A stretch of 64,000 bases of DNA from Candidatus Omnitrophota bacterium (GTDB taxonomy: Bacteria; Omnitrophota; Gorgyraeia; JAGLLT01): NCBI GenBank assembly GCA_030632085.1, contig DAOVJY010000002.1:141325-205324 (forward strand). The letters are read 5' to 3'. The notes below the pieces were generated by a model, which did no database searches, was not told where the DNA came from, and was given only the letters and a program-made list of their open reading frames with translations. The position numbers were made by a program, and so were the translations under genes. This document shows, piece after piece, positions 10,278 to 21,134 of the stretch; the stretch's first letter is position 1, and the number at the start of each line of letters is the position of its first letter.

Positions 10278-11322
10278 TCCCTATGGAATAGGTGATGTTC
10301 TTTTTACAACACCTTTATTAAGTAATCTTAGAGAATTTTATCCTCAAAGTAAGATAGGCGTTGTTCTGGGTTCGCGGACAAGACAAATTTTAGAGTTTAA
10401 TGGGGATGTAGATAACATATATATGTTTGATAAGGGACTCTTTGATAAACTTGGTTTTTTTAAGGGTTGGAAATATTTAATGAAATTTTGCCGGGCCATA
10501 AGAGAAGAAAAATATGAACTGCTTATAGATTTATCTAATTCATCTCAGTATGGGTTTGTGGAAAAATTTTTCTTAAATGTGCCGCGGAGAATTGGATTTA
10601 ATTATAAGGGCAGAGGAAGATACTTAACTCAAACTATTAAGCTGAAAGGTTTTAGCGATAAACACGTTGTGGATTATTATCTTTCTTTGCTGGAGCTGCT
10701 TGGTTTGGCGCCGGTAAAAAAATCTCTCAAATTTCCTTTAAAGCAAGATGTCATTGATAAAGTTTCTAAATATTTATTAAGCAAAAGAATAGAGGAGAAA
10801 AATCTCCTGATAACCGTGGTTCCGGCCGGTGGATTAAGCTGGTCGGAGAAAGCCGCCTACAAACAATGGCCCCAGGAAAAATATGCCCAACTGGCAGACA
10901 AGCTTATATCCGAGCTAAAAGCTAAAGTTGTTATTGCCGGGTCGGAGTTGGATCAAGATATCTGCCGTAATGTAATAAATTTGATGAAATCAAAGGAAGT
11001 CGAAATTGTATGCAATTTTAATATCCTGGAATTCGCCGCCTTATGCGGCCGTTCCAACCTTGTAGTTTGTAATGACGGAGGGCCTCTGCATGTGGCTGTA
11101 AGTGAAAATACTCCTACGATATCATTTTTTGGGCCGGTGGATGAGAAGGTTTACGGCCCTTATCCTGCCGGAGATAATCATATAGTAATTACTAAGGAAA
11201 TTAAATGCCGCCCGTGTTATCAGAAGTTCAGATTTACAGAGTGCGGCACAAAGGATTGCCTGAATTTAATTACCGTTGATGAAGCTTTTAGCAGTATAAA
11301 GAAAATCCTTCACAGAAACTAA
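10231..11322 (+). CDS. GT9 heptosyltransferase family
   Basis: GIGDVLF, KQWP, NDGGPLHVA, FFGP, CRPCY. Confidence 0.85.
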   Translation: MLLVPLKKYSKILVINPYGIGDVLFTTPLLSNLREFYPQSKIGVVLGSRTRQILEFNGDVDNIYMFDKGLFDKLGFFKGWKYLMKFCRAIREEKYELLIDLSNSSQYGFVEKFFLNVPRRIGFNYKGRGRYLTQTIKLKGFSDKHVVDYYLSLLELLGLAPVKKSLKFPLKQDVIDKVSKYLLSKRIEEKNLLITVVPAGGLSWSEKAAYKQWPQEKYAQLADKLISELKAKVVIAGSELDQDICRNVINLMKSKEVEIVCNFNILEFAALCGRSNLVVCNDGGPLHVAVSENTPTISFFGPVDEKVYGPYPAGDNHIVITKEIKCRPCYQKFRFTECGTKDCLNLITVDEAFSSIKKILHRN

Positions 11323-11379
11323 TTCGTATGTGTAATAACTTGACTATATTAATAAAAACTATATAGGCTTTATATACAA

Positions 11380-11408
11380 TTGACACCATTTTTAGCATGT
11401 GATAGAAT
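11380..11408 (+). promoter_or_regulatory. Sigma70 promoter, probably leaderless into hldA
   Basis: TTGACA (11380-85), 17 bp, TGn-TAGAAT (11403-08); ATG 7 nt downstream with no SD. Confidence 0.75.
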
Positions 11409-11415
11409 AAAAAGC

Positions 11416-12411
11416 ATGAATAAATTACTTAAAATCCTACCTAAATTTAAAAAAATCAGGATTCTGGTTATTGGTGATTTAATCCTGGATGAATTTATAT
11501 GGGGCAGCGTGGAAAGAATTTCTCCGGAAGCTCCGGTTCCCGTAGTGCGCGTAAAATCTCAATCTTTTATGCCCGGCGGAGCCAGCAATGTTGCTAATAA
11601 TATAAGAGCTTTGGGCGCGGATGTTTTTATGGCCGGAGTTGCCGGTTCAGATCTTTATGGGGATATTCTAAGGCAGCAACTTCAAGATAGAGGTATAAAC
11701 ATAGATGGTTTTGTTATTGATGGCAGCCGCCAGACTACCATAAAAACAAGAGTAATCGCGCATAGTCAACAGGTGGTCAGGATAGATAAAGAAGACAATC
11801 ATCACGTAAGCGGTAATATTTTAAAAAAATTATCAAACTATATAGTTAATAAAATACCTGAAGTTGACGCTATTATAATTGAGGATTACGGTAAGGGAGT
11901 GGTAAGCCCTCAGTTATTAAATTCCGTTCTTAAAGAAGCTAAAAAAAAGAAAAAGATAATAACCATTGATCCTAAAGACCAGCATCTTTCGCATTATAAA
12001 AAAGCTACTTCTATTACACCTAATAAGTATGAATTAGAAAAAGCGGCAAATGTAAAGATTAAAGATTCCGATGGCCTTAAAAAGGCCGCTTATAAACTAT
12101 TAAAGAAACTGCAGCTTGATTCTATTTTGGTGACTTTAGGTGAAGACGGGATGTGTTTGTTTGAAAAAGGTGGAAAAACCACCAGGATACCTACAATGGC
12201 TCAAGAAGTTTATGATGTTTCCGGAGCGGGTGACACTGTAATTTCTACATTTACCTTAGCTCTAGCCGGTAAAGCTAATATGAGACAAGCCGCATTAATG
12301 TCGAATTGCGCCGCGGGAGTTGTGGTTGGTAAGGTTGGTGTTGCTATTTGTTCAACCGCTGAATTACGGGAAAAAATTATTACACAAACTAAAAAAGGGA
12401 CGAAAAAATGA
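11416..12411 (+). CDS. hldA: D-glycero-manno-heptose-7-phosphate kinase (RfaE domain I)
   Basis: RISPEAPVPV, GGASNVA, DYGKG, TPN, DVSGAGDT, VVVGKVG. Confidence 0.93.
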   Translation: MNKLLKILPKFKKIRILVIGDLILDEFIWGSVERISPEAPVPVVRVKSQSFMPGGASNVANNIRALGADVFMAGVAGSDLYGDILRQQLQDRGINIDGFVIDGSRQTTIKTRVIAHSQQVVRIDKEDNHHVSGNILKKLSNYIVNKIPEVDAIIIEDYGKGVVSPQLLNSVLKEAKKKKKIITIDPKDQHLSHYKKATSITPNKYELEKAANVKIKDSDGLKKAAYKLLKKLQLDSILVTLGEDGMCLFEKGGKTTRIPTMAQEVYDVSGAGDTVISTFTLALAGKANMRQAALMSNCAAGVVVGKVGVAICSTAELREKIITQTKKGTKK

Positions 12412-13139
12412 CAGCTTGCGGTATAATACCCGCCAGATTTGATTCCCAGAGATTTAAAGGTAAGATCTTAGAGAAAATTAAGGGCAAATCTATGCTCTGG
12501 CATGTATATAATAGAGCTAAAGAAGCTCAATTTTTAGATAGTGTGATAATTGCTACCGATAGCAAAAAGATACAAAAAGAAGCTGAAAATTTTGGGGCGG
12601 AAGTTATGATGACCTCTGCCGAAGCGCTAAGCGGAACAGATAGAATCGCTGAGGCTGCCCAGTCTTTGAGCGATGAGGTTATTGTAAATATTCAAGGTGA
12701 TGAACCTTTAATTGACCCCAAGTTAATAGATAAATTAGTACAAACATTATATGACGATGAATCTTTAAAAATAGTTACAGCTGTTTATAAGTGCAAAAAA
12801 GCCATTGAGCTTGAAAGTCAGGATGTGGTCAAGGTAGTAAAAGATGAAGATGATTACGCGCTTTATTTCTCAAGGTCTTTAATTCCTTATCCTCGTTTCG
12901 CCGATGACGTTAACTTCTATAAACATCTGGGTATTTATGCTTATAGGCGTATGTTCCTTTTGACTTTTGCTACTTTGGCTCCTTCGGAATTAGAAAGAAT
13001 TGAAGGTTTGGAACAGCTGAGAATGCTTGAATACGGGTATAAAATAAAAGTTGTGGAAGCGGAGAGTGACTCTATTGGAGTGGATACTCCCGAAGAACTC
13101 GAGAAGGTAAAAAGAATAATGGAGAAACCTAGTGCCTAA
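12408..13139 (+). CDS. kdsB: CMP-Kdo synthetase
   Basis: IIPAR, SGTDR, NIQGDEP, ALYFSR, HLGIYAY, EGLEQLR. Confidence 0.97.
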   Translation: MTACGIIPARFDSQRFKGKILEKIKGKSMLWHVYNRAKEAQFLDSVIIATDSKKIQKEAENFGAEVMMTSAEALSGTDRIAEAAQSLSDEVIVNIQGDEPLIDPKLIDKLVQTLYDDESLKIVTAVYKCKKAIELESQDVVKVVKDEDDYALYFSRSLIPYPRFADDVNFYKHLGIYAYRRMFLLTFATLAPSELERIEGLEQLRMLEYGYKIKVVEAESDSIGVDTPEELEKVKRIMEKPSA

Positions 13140-14742
13140 ATATATTTTTATTACGGGTGGAGTTGTTTCAAGTCTCGGTAAGGGGATTGCCTCAAGTGCC
13201 ATAGGCAAGCTTTTGGAGTTGGAAGGCTTAAAAGTTACCATTATGAAATTCGACCCTTATCTTAATGTTGATCCCGGCACCATGAATCCCTGGCAGCACG
13301 GTGAGGTATATGTTACCGAGGATGGAGCTGAAACTGACCTTGATTTAGGCCACTATGAGCGTTTTACTAAAGCACCTATTGGAGATAACAACAGTGTAAC
13401 CAGTGGAAAAATTTACAATAGTGTTATTGAAAAAGAAAGAAAAGGGGAATATCGAGGGGCTACTGTTCAGGTTATTCCGCATATTACCGATGAGATAAAA
13501 CGCCGCATAAGGGCGGTATCTCGCGGAAAAAGTTTTGATGTGGTTATATGTGAGATCGGAGGAACTGTTGGTGACATAGAAGGGCTTCCTTTTTTAGAAG
13601 CCATAAGACAGTTTCAGCAGGAGGTCGGTAAAAGTAATGTTATCTTTATCCATCTCACTCTCATTCCTTATTTAAAGTCAGCTCAAGAACTTAAGACAAA
13701 ACCCACGCAGCACAGCGTTAATAAATTAAGAGAAATTGGTATTCAACCTGATATAATCCTTTGCCGTTGCGAGAAAAAACTTCCCTTAGAAGCCAAAGAA
13801 AAAATATCACTTTTCTGTAACGTAGAAAAGGAAGCTGTAGTTGAGGCTCCCGATGTTAAATGTATTTATGAGGTTCCCTTAATCTACAAAGAAGGCGGTT
13901 TAGATAGAATTATCAGGCAAAAATTATCTCTAAAAGAAGGTAAGAATGACCTTAAAGAGTGGAAGCGAAAAGTAGTTAATATAGCTTTAAATCCCAAGAA
14001 AAAAGTTAAAATCGCCGTTGTTGGAAAGTATATTCAGCTGCAGGACGCGTATAGATCTATATATGAAGCTTTGAGGCACGCGGGTATTGCTAATGATTGC
14101 GAAATTGATATTAAGAAAGTTGATTCTCAGAAGTTAAATAAGTCTACGATTATGAAAATATTTACTGACGTTAAGGGCATTTTGGTGCCGGGCGGTTTTG
14201 GGATTAGAGGCATTGAAGGCAAGATAAGCGCGGTTAGTTATGCCAGGGAAAATAAAATACCTTTTTTAGGCATATGCCTTGGTATGCAATGCGCGGTAAT
14301 AGATTTCGCCCGCAATGTTTGTAAGTTGGAGAACGCTAATTCCACTGAATTTAATAAAAAAGCAAAATATCCCGTAATATCTTTATTGGAAGAACAGAAA
14401 AAGGTAAAGAATATAGGCGGGACTATGCGCTTGGGCGCTTATTCCTGTGAGTTGAAAAAAAATACCCTTAGTTATAAGGCTTATAATAAAAAAGTCATTT
14501 ACGAGAGGCACAGGCATCGCTATGAGTTCAATAATAAATACTTAAAACTGATGCAGTCAAAAGGCCTAAAAATAGCCGGTGTATATAAAACTAAAAATTT
14601 GATTGAAATTGTGGAACTTAAGAATCATCCATGGTTTGTAGCTTCTCAATTCCACCCGGAGTTTAAATCAAAACCGGACAAAGCCCACCCGCTATTCGTT
14701 AATTTTGTAAAAGCGGCTATAAAATTTAATGAGAAAAAATAG
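13132..14742 (+). CDS. pyrG: CTP synthase
   Basis: [33 protein letters not shown]. Confidence 0.99.
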   Translation: MPKYIFITGGVVSSLGKGIASSAIGKLLELEGLKVTIMKFDPYLNVDPGTMNPWQHGEVYVTEDGAETDLDLGHYERFTKAPIGDNNSVTSGKIYNSVIEKERKGEYRGATVQVIPHITDEIKRRIRAVSRGKSFDVVICEIGGTVGDIEGLPFLEAIRQFQQEVGKSNVIFIHLTLIPYLKSAQELKTKPTQHSVNKLREIGIQPDIILCRCEKKLPLEAKEKISLFCNVEKEAVVEAPDVKCIYEVPLIYKEGGLDRIIRQKLSLKEGKNDLKEWKRKVVNIALNPKKKVKIAVVGKYIQLQDAYRSIYEALRHAGIANDCEIDIKKVDSQKLNKSTIMKIFTDVKGILVPGGFGIRGIEGKISAVSYARENKIPFLGICLGMQCAVIDFARNVCKLENANSTEFNKKAKYPVISLLEEQKKVKNIGGTMRLGAYSCELKKNTLSYKAYNKKVIYERHRHRYEFNNKYLKLMQSKGLKIAGVYKTKNLIEIVELKNHPWFVASQFHPEFKSKPDKAHPLFVNFVKAAIKFNEKK

Positions 14743-14747
14743 GCATT

Positions 14748-15569
14748 ATGAAAGAAATTAAAATATCCAACTTTAAGATAGGAGCTAAGAACCCTTTTTT
14801 TATTATCGCTGGGCCCTGTGTTATTGAAAATGAAAAAGATACTCTCGAAGCGGCCCAAAGGTTAAAAGAAATATCTGCCGCGAGCGGTGTTAATTTAATT
14901 TTTAAATCCAGTTACGATAAAGCTAATAGAAGTTCGTTGTCTTCATATCGCGGCCCCGGAATCAAAAAAGGCTTAGATATACTAAAAAAAGTAAAAAAGG
15001 AAACAGGCTTAGCCGTAATTAGCGATGTTCATAGTGTTGATGAAGTAAAGCAGGCTGCCGCTGTTTTGGATGTTATTCAGATTCCGGCTCTCTTATCAAG
15101 GCAGACGGATTTAATTGTAGCCGCGGCTAAAACAAAAAAAGCTGTAAACATAAAAAAGGGGCAGTTTCTATCTCCTTACGAAGTGGTTAATATAATTAAA
15201 AAAGTAACCAGTTGTAAGAATGATAATATCCTATTGACTGAAAGAGGTTTTATGTTTGGATATAATAATTTAGTCAGCGATATGCGCTCAATTGTAATAA
15301 TGAAGAAATATGGTTACCCGGTTGTTTTTGACGCGACCCACAGTGTCCAGCTACCCGGAGGCGCGGGCGGTAAATCTTCCGGTGAAAAAGAATTTATTCC
15401 TTATTTGGCTAAAGCGGCAGTTGCCGCCGGGGCAGATGGAGTTTTTCTCGAGGTGCATAGGCAGCCCGATAGGGCTAAGTGCGATGGTTCTAATATGTTA
15501 AAAATAAGTGAACTTAAAAAATTGATTATTCAATTAAAAGAAATATCCAATATTGTAGGAGACAGATAG
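14748..15569 (+). CDS. kdsA: KDO8P synthase
   Basis: AGPCVIE, DKANRS, KKGQF, DATHSVQ, metal-dependent type (Cys, EVH, CDG). Confidence 0.98.
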   Translation: MKEIKISNFKIGAKNPFFIIAGPCVIENEKDTLEAAQRLKEISAASGVNLIFKSSYDKANRSSLSSYRGPGIKKGLDILKKVKKETGLAVISDVHSVDEVKQAAAVLDVIQIPALLSRQTDLIVAAAKTKKAVNIKKGQFLSPYEVVNIIKKVTSCKNDNILLTERGFMFGYNNLVSDMRSIVIMKKYGYPVVFDATHSVQLPGGAGGKSSGEKEFIPYLAKAAVAAGADGVFLEVHRQPDRAKCDGSNMLKISELKKLIIQLKEISNIVGDR

Positions 15570-15571
15570 GA

Positions 15572-16531
15572 ATGTCCGATAAGAGAGCTCAGGAAGTTTT
15601 AAAAATAGAAGCAAGAGCCATAAATGGCCTCATTCCCCGGATAGGTAAAGATTTTAAAGAAGCAATTGAGATTTTATCCGAGACAAAAGGTTTTATTATA
15701 GTTACCGGCATGGGAAAGCCCGGATTTATCGCTCAAAAAATTTCAGCTACTTTAGCTTCGCTGGGTATTTCCAGTATATTTTTGCATCCGGCAGAAGCTA
15801 TACACGGAGATTTGGGAAGAGTCGCCAATGAAGATGTTATTATTGCTTTATCTAATAGCGGCCAGACAGAAGAGATAATTAGATTATTAACCACAATAAA
15901 AAAAATAGGGGCAAAACTTATTACTCTTACCGGCAACCCCAAATCGGATTTAGCGAAAAACAGCGATGTAGTTTTAAATGTGAGCGTTAAGAAAGAGGCT
16001 TGCCCTTTAGGTTTAGCGCCAACGGCTTCTACAACGGCTATGCTGGCAATGGGGGACGCGCTGGCAATGGTTTTAGCTGATAAAAAAGGGCTTAAAGAAG
16101 AGGATTTTGCTCTTTATCACCCCGGTGGAGCCTTAGGAAAGAGATTGCTTTTGAGGGTTGAAGATATTATGAGGAAAGGGGCCGATAACCCCATAGTAAA
16201 AGAAGAAATTCTGATTAAAGATGTTCTTTTAAAGATAACCAAGGCTAAGGCGGGAAGCGCTACAGTAGTTAATAAAAAAGGTAAATTAAGCGGTATTTTT
16301 ACCGATGGTGACCTGAGAAGGCACTTAGAGACAGATACTGATTTAAGGGGTAAGAAAATCAAAAATGTTATGACTAAAAAACCGATGGCTATCAAAAAAG
16401 GTAAATTAGCTTATGAAGCCCTTAAAATATTAAAACAGAAAAAAATTGATGAAATTCCGGTTGTTGATAAAAATAATAAACCTGTAGGCCTGGTTGATGT
16501 TCAGGATTTACTTAAAGCTGGATTGTTTTAA
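15572..16531 (+). CDS. kdsD: Arabinose-5-phosphate isomerase (SIS + 2 CBS)
   Basis: GMGK, HPAEAIHGDLG, EACPLGLAPTASTT, HPGGALG, GIFTDGDLRR. Confidence 0.97.
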   Translation: MSDKRAQEVLKIEARAINGLIPRIGKDFKEAIEILSETKGFIIVTGMGKPGFIAQKISATLASLGISSIFLHPAEAIHGDLGRVANEDVIIALSNSGQTEEIIRLLTTIKKIGAKLITLTGNPKSDLAKNSDVVLNVSVKKEACPLGLAPTASTTAMLAMGDALAMVLADKKGLKEEDFALYHPGGALGKRLLLRVEDIMRKGADNPIVKEEILIKDVLLKITKAKAGSATVVNKKGKLSGIFTDGDLRRHLETDTDLRGKKIKNVMTKKPMAIKKGKLAYEALKILKQKKIDEIPVVDKNNKPVGLVDVQDLLKAGLF

Positions 16532-17064
16532 TGCAACTAGACAGTAAACTTAAAGATAAAATACAAAAAGTAAAAGTCCTTATTTTAGACGTTGATGGTG
16601 TTTTGACTGATGGCAAGATTATCTATTCTTCGTTTGGCCATGATATTAAAGAGTTTGATGTAAAGGATGGGTTTGGAATTACCCTCTTACATAGGGCCGG
16701 TATTCGTTCGGTTATCCTTTCCGCGCGTTCATCCAGAACAATCAGAAAAAGGGCTAAAGATATGCATGTTGATTCTATTTATGAAAACGCGCATGTAAAA
16801 CTAGACGCGTATAATAAAATACTTAAGAGGTATAAGTTAAGTTGTGAAGAGACGGCTTTTATTGGAGACGATTTGGTTGATTTACCGGTTTTAAGTAGAG
16901 TAGGTTTTTCAGCCTGTACCGCTTGTGCTGTTCGGCACTTGAAAGATAAAGTCGATTATGTGACTACTCATGAAGGGGGGTCCGGTGCTGTCAGGGAAAT
17001 TGCCGAGATGATACTAAATGTCCAGGAGTTATGGCAGAGTGTTACCGGCAGATATTTTAAATAG
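16531..17064 (+). CDS. kdsC: KDO8P phosphatase
   Basis: DVDGVLTDG, GDDLVD, GGSGAVRE. Confidence 0.96.
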   Translation: MQLDSKLKDKIQKVKVLILDVDGVLTDGKIIYSSFGHDIKEFDVKDGFGITLLHRAGIRSVILSARSSRTIRKRAKDMHVDSIYENAHVKLDAYNKILKRYKLSCEETAFIGDDLVDLPVLSRVGFSACTACAVRHLKDKVDYVTTHEGGSGAVREIAEMILNVQELWQSVTGRYFK

Positions 17065-17919
17065 ATGAAAAGGTTAAAATATATACTCTTATTTATATGT
17101 GTAATTTATCTGATTTCGGGTTGTGCTCCTAAGCCCGGTGAGCAGGAGCCCGATAACATGGATGATAGCGGATTTAAAGAAGGAGCGGGGCAAAAGTTAC
17201 TTGCCTTTTCCCTTTCCGGCACAGAAAAAGGCAGGAAAAAGTGGGATATTGAAGGTGAGTCGGCCGATCTTTTAAGTTCCGAATTAGTAGAGCTTTCTAA
17301 TATTACGGGTAAAACGTACAATAAAGAAAAAGTTATTACTATTACCGCCGATAGTGGAACTCTGGACAGGAAAAGCAATGATGTTAAACTAAGATCCAAT
17401 GTAGTTGCCGTGACTGATGATGGCGCGAGACTAACTACAGACAAGTTGAATTGGAATGCTCAGAAAGAAGAAGTTTGGACCAAAGACATTGTTAAGGTTG
17501 AGAGAGATAATATTAAAGTGAAAGGCGCGGGAATAGAAGGGCATCCGAATTTAGAGAAAGTTAAGTTTACACGGGATGTAACGATTGATATAGCTCCCAG
17601 TACTATAATTACCTGTGATGGTGCTTTGGAAATAGATTATAAGCAAAGCGTCGCTTATTTAAATGATAATGTAGAAGTTATTGATGAAAGAGGCCGGTTA
17701 AAGGCTGATAAAGCGCGTGTTTATTTTGACAAAGAAAGAAAAGAGATAAAAAAAGTTATAGCTGAAGGTAATGTAAGCATTAAAAGAGATGAAAATATCA
17801 CTTATAGCCGGAAGGCTATATACTATGCTGATGAAGCCAGGATTGTTTTAGAGGGAAGGCCTAAATTTGTGATTTATTCGAGCATTCAAGAGGAAAGCAA
17901 TGGACTTAATAAAGACTGA
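17065..17919 (+). CDS. lptC: LptC-LptA(OstA)-like fusion with predicted lipoprotein signal
   Basis: Between kdsC and lptB; two beta-jellyroll-like halves (LTTDKLNW ... ; [15 protein letters not shown]); lipobox ISGC. Confidence 0.75.
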   Translation: MKRLKYILLFICVIYLISGCAPKPGEQEPDNMDDSGFKEGAGQKLLAFSLSGTEKGRKKWDIEGESADLLSSELVELSNITGKTYNKEKVITITADSGTLDRKSNDVKLRSNVVAVTDDGARLTTDKLNWNAQKEEVWTKDIVKVERDNIKVKGAGIEGHPNLEKVKFTRDVTIDIAPSTIITCDGALEIDYKQSVAYLNDNVEVIDERGRLKADKARVYFDKERKEIKKVIAEGNVSIKRDENITYSRKAIYYADEARIVLEGRPKFVIYSSIQEESNGLNKD

Positions 17920-18622
17920 AAAATTAATCAAATCTTATGGCGGCCGCAAGGTTGTTAATCAGGTTAGTATTGAGATAAGAAGGGGTGAGATCGTTGGCCT
18001 TTTAGGCCCCAATGGCGCCGGAAAGACCACGACGTTTTATATGTTAGTTGGTTTAATTAACCCTGAAGGCGGAAGCGTTTATTTCGGTAATCGCGATATT
18101 ACCCGCCTGCCGATGTATAAAAGAGCCCGTTTTGGTATAAGTTATTTATCCCAGGAAACTTCGACTTTTAGAAAATTAACGGTCGCGGAAAATATTATGG
18201 CTATTTTAGAGACAATGCGCATACCTCAAGCCGAAAGAAAACGAAGATTAAAGGCTTTATTGGAGGATTTAAACATTTCGCATTTAGCTAAGAGCAAGGC
18301 TTACACTCTTTCGGGAGGTGAAAGAAGGCGTCTGGAAATAACCAGAGCTTTAGTTTCTAATCCGGCATTTATTCTTTTGGATGAGCCTTTTTCCGGGGTG
18401 GATCCCATAGCTGTTTTTGAAGTTCAGCAAATTATTACCCATCTTAGGGATCAGGGCCTGGGAATACTGCTTACGGATCATAGCGTTAGAGAAACCTTGG
18501 CTATAACCGACAGGTCTTATATTATGGCTGATGGGAAAATTTTGATTTCCGGCACAAGCGAGGAATTGATTAATGATCCTAAAGCAAGGCAAATATATTT
18601 AGGTGAAAAATTTACGATGTAA
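17900..18622 (+). CDS. lptB: LPS export ABC ATPase
   Basis: [35 protein letters not shown]. Confidence 0.98.
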   Translation: MDLIKTEKLIKSYGGRKVVNQVSIEIRRGEIVGLLGPNGAGKTTTFYMLVGLINPEGGSVYFGNRDITRLPMYKRARFGISYLSQETSTFRKLTVAENIMAILETMRIPQAERKRRLKALLEDLNISHLAKSKAYTLSGGERRRLEITRALVSNPAFILLDEPFSGVDPIAVFEVQQIITHLRDQGLGILLTDHSVRETLAITDRSYIMADGKILISGTSEELINDPKARQIYLGEKFTM

Positions 18623-18626
18623 GTGA

Positions 18627-18846
18627 CCCGCCTCAGGCGGGGATCATAAAGGAAATTAACAGACTCCTCGCTTAAAGAAGCTAAAATTATTGAAAAGAAT
18701 TTTAGCTTAGGCTTTGGAGTTAACTCTCCCCGCCGTGGCGGGGATCATAAAGGAAATTAACAGACTCCTCGCTTAAACAAAGGTAAATTCTCTTCGACAA
18801 TTTACCTTTAAGCTTCGGAGTTAATTCTCCGCCTAAGGCGGATCAT
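18627..18846. repeat. Two 101-nt tandem structured units bounded by three CCGCC-N-GGCGG hairpins
   Basis: 41-nt identical block at 18636 and 18737; each unit has an 11-bp stem with 9-nt loop; the two stems differ by compensatory changes. Confidence 0.9.
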
Positions 18847-18865
18847 TAAAAAGGAGAGTGTGTTT

Positions 18866-19381
18866 ATGCAGCTTATTATTACTGGAAGGCATTTTGATAT
18901 TACCGAGGGGATAAAAGATCATATAAAGGAAAAAGTTGTTAAGTTTGAAAAATATCTCACGAAGATAATAGAGGTTCATGTCGTTTTAAGCATAGAGCGC
19001 GAAAGACAGCTGGCTGAAATCATTTTAAATAGCTCTGATGTTAAATTGCTCGGGAAAGAGGAATCCGGTGATATGTACTCCTCTATTGATGCTGCCGCGA
19101 GTAAAATTGAACATCAGTTAAAGGATCGCAAGGAAAGGTTGAAGCATCACAAAAGAAAACCTCTTAAGGAAGATGAGAAATTACTTGAGGTAGATGAAGA
19201 GATTCCATTAATTATTGAAGATAAAAGAAACCTTGATAAACTTATGAGCCCGGAGGAAGCAATATTGGAGCTTGGTGCTCAGGAAGTGGAATTTATAGTT
19301 TTTAAGGATAGAAATGATAATAAAAGAAAAGTGCTTTATAAAAGGCACGATAATAATTACGGGCTAATTGTGATTGAATAA
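18866..19381 (+). CDS. hpf: Ribosome hibernation promoting factor (long HPF)
   Basis: ITGRHFDIT, DMYSSID, C-terminal MSPEEA...VLYKRHDNNYGLI. Confidence 0.93.
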   Translation: MQLIITGRHFDITEGIKDHIKEKVVKFEKYLTKIIEVHVVLSIERERQLAEIILNSSDVKLLGKEESGDMYSSIDAAASKIEHQLKDRKERLKHHKRKPLKEDEKLLEVDEEIPLIIEDKRNLDKLMSPEEAILELGAQEVEFIVFKDRNDNKRKVLYKRHDNNYGLIVIE

Positions 19382-19399
19382 GTTCAAGGAGGAACATTG

Positions 19400-19864
19400 A
19401 TGAAAATATTAGATTTTTTAGATCAGAATGCTGTCAGCGCGAATTTAAAATCGACAGACAAAAAAGCAATTATAAATGAACTTGTAGATTTATTAGTTGC
19501 CAGCGGCAAGGTAAAAAATGCCGACGAAATAATTAAAATACTTTTAGAAAGAGAGTCTTTGGGTTCAACCGGAATCGGCCTGAGTATTGCTATTCCTCAT
19601 GGAAAATCATCAAAAATTTCACAGATGATAGGAGCTATAGGGATATCTAAAAACGGTGTAGATTTTGAAGCTTTAGATGGTGAACCGGTTTATATATTCT
19701 TTTTGCTTTTAGCACCCGCCGATTCAGCAGGGCCCCACTTAAAAGCTTTAGCTAGAATATCACGATTACTTAAAGATAAATATTTCCGTGATTCTTTAAA
19801 AGACGCGACAAGTAAAGAGAATCTTCTCGCGATAATCAGGCGTGAAGACGAAGTTAAGGATTAA
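19400..19864 (+). CDS. ptsN: PTS EIIA (Ntr/Fru type)
   Basis: RESLGSTGIG, IAIPHG, HLKALARISR. Confidence 0.9.
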   Translation: MKILDFLDQNAVSANLKSTDKKAIINELVDLLVASGKVKNADEIIKILLERESLGSTGIGLSIAIPHGKSSKISQMIGAIGISKNGVDFEALDGEPVYIFFLLLAPADSAGPHLKALARISRLLKDKYFRDSLKDATSKENLLAIIRREDEVKD

Positions 19865-19882
19865 TTGCGGAGTCAGATTATT

Positions 19883-21133
19883 ATGAATAAACTTAAATGG
19901 TTGCTTCCCGGTATGGGTATTAAGCGTTGGATTATGTTATGTGTCGCGGGTATTGGTTTATTGGTTTTGGGCGCGTTTCTTTTGGGCAGCTTCAAAATAG
20001 GAGCCGGTAATCTATTTTTGTCTATCTTAGGGATTGTAATATTGTTAGGAGGCGTTTATTTTTTAGTTGTCGGCGTCAAGGAATTAATAAGGTTTATTAT
20101 CAATGTCCTTTTGCCTCAGCGTGAATCAGAACTCGTCGATATTGTCTACGCGAAGCAGCATTTATCTAAAGGCCATAATATAGTAGCCCTTGGCGGCGGA
20201 ACCGGTTTGTCCGTTTTGCTGCACGGACTTAAAAGATATACAAGTAATATAAGCGCCATAGTAACTGTTGCTGATGATGGGGGTTCTTCGGGCAGGCTTC
20301 GTGAAGAATTTGATATGCTGCCTCCTGGAGATATAAGAGATTGTTTGGTGGCGCTGGCTGACGCGGAACCATTAATGCGTGATTTATTTCAATTTCGTTT
20401 TGAGAAAAATTCTCCGTTGAGCGGGCATAACTTCGGTAATCTTTTTATTACCGCAATGACGAAACTGACGGGTGATTTTGAAAAAGCGATTAAAGCTTCA
20501 AGTAAGGTTTTGGCCATTAGGGGGCAGGTAATTCCTTCTACTTTAAGAAAAGTTACCCTTATCGCTACACATAAGAATGGCAAGATCACCAGGGGTGAAA
20601 CTAATATTACCGCGAGTGAGCAAAAAATTGATAAAGTTTACCTGGAGCCGGAAAATTGTGAGGGCACAAAAGAGGCTATAGAAGCTATTCTAAAAGCTGA
20701 CGCGGTTATACTTGGCCCCGGAAGCCTTTATACGAGCATATTGCCTAATCTCCTAATTAATGATATTAAGAAGGCTGTACGTGAGTCCGCGGCCCCCAAG
20801 ATTTATGTTTGTAATGTTATGACTCAGTCGCATGAGACTGATACTTATTCAGCCGGTGAGCACGTAAAGGCGATAATCGAGCATGCAGGGGACGATATAA
20901 TTGATTATGTAATTGTAAATAAGCAAAAAATATCCGGAGAATTTTTGGAAAAATATAAGAAAGAAAACGCCTATCCGGTTAATAATGATAGTGATCTTAT
21001 AAGAGATTTAGGCTATACGGTTATTGAGGAAAATGTTATTAATACGGTTGATCATGTAAGGCATAATTCTGAAAAATTAACAGAGATTATAATTGAACTC
21101 ATAAGTGATATTAAGACGTTCAAGGGCATTTAA
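19883..21133 (+). CDS. yvcK: YvcK/GlmR family protein with N-terminal transmembrane helices
   Basis: GGGTGL, DDGGSSG, PPGDIR, GHNFGNL, GPGSLYTS. Confidence 0.93.
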   Translation: MNKLKWLLPGMGIKRWIMLCVAGIGLLVLGAFLLGSFKIGAGNLFLSILGIVILLGGVYFLVVGVKELIRFIINVLLPQRESELVDIVYAKQHLSKGHNIVALGGGTGLSVLLHGLKRYTSNISAIVTVADDGGSSGRLREEFDMLPPGDIRDCLVALADAEPLMRDLFQFRFEKNSPLSGHNFGNLFITAMTKLTGDFEKAIKASSKVLAIRGQVIPSTLRKVTLIATHKNGKITRGETNITASEQKIDKVYLEPENCEGTKEAIEAILKADAVILGPGSLYTSILPNLLINDIKKAVRESAAPKIYVCNVMTQSHETDTYSAGEHVKAIIEHAGDDIIDYVIVNKQKISGEFLEKYKKENAYPVNNDSDLIRDLGYTVIEENVINTVDHVRHNSEKLTEIIIELISDIKTFKGI

Positions 21134-21134
21134 G

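Noticed and set aside
18651-18830. Integron attC sites (TAAC...GTTA-bounded imperfect palindromes)
   Set aside because: Ends fit RYYYAAC/GTTRRRY poorly, there are no cassette ORFs between units, and no integrase in the window
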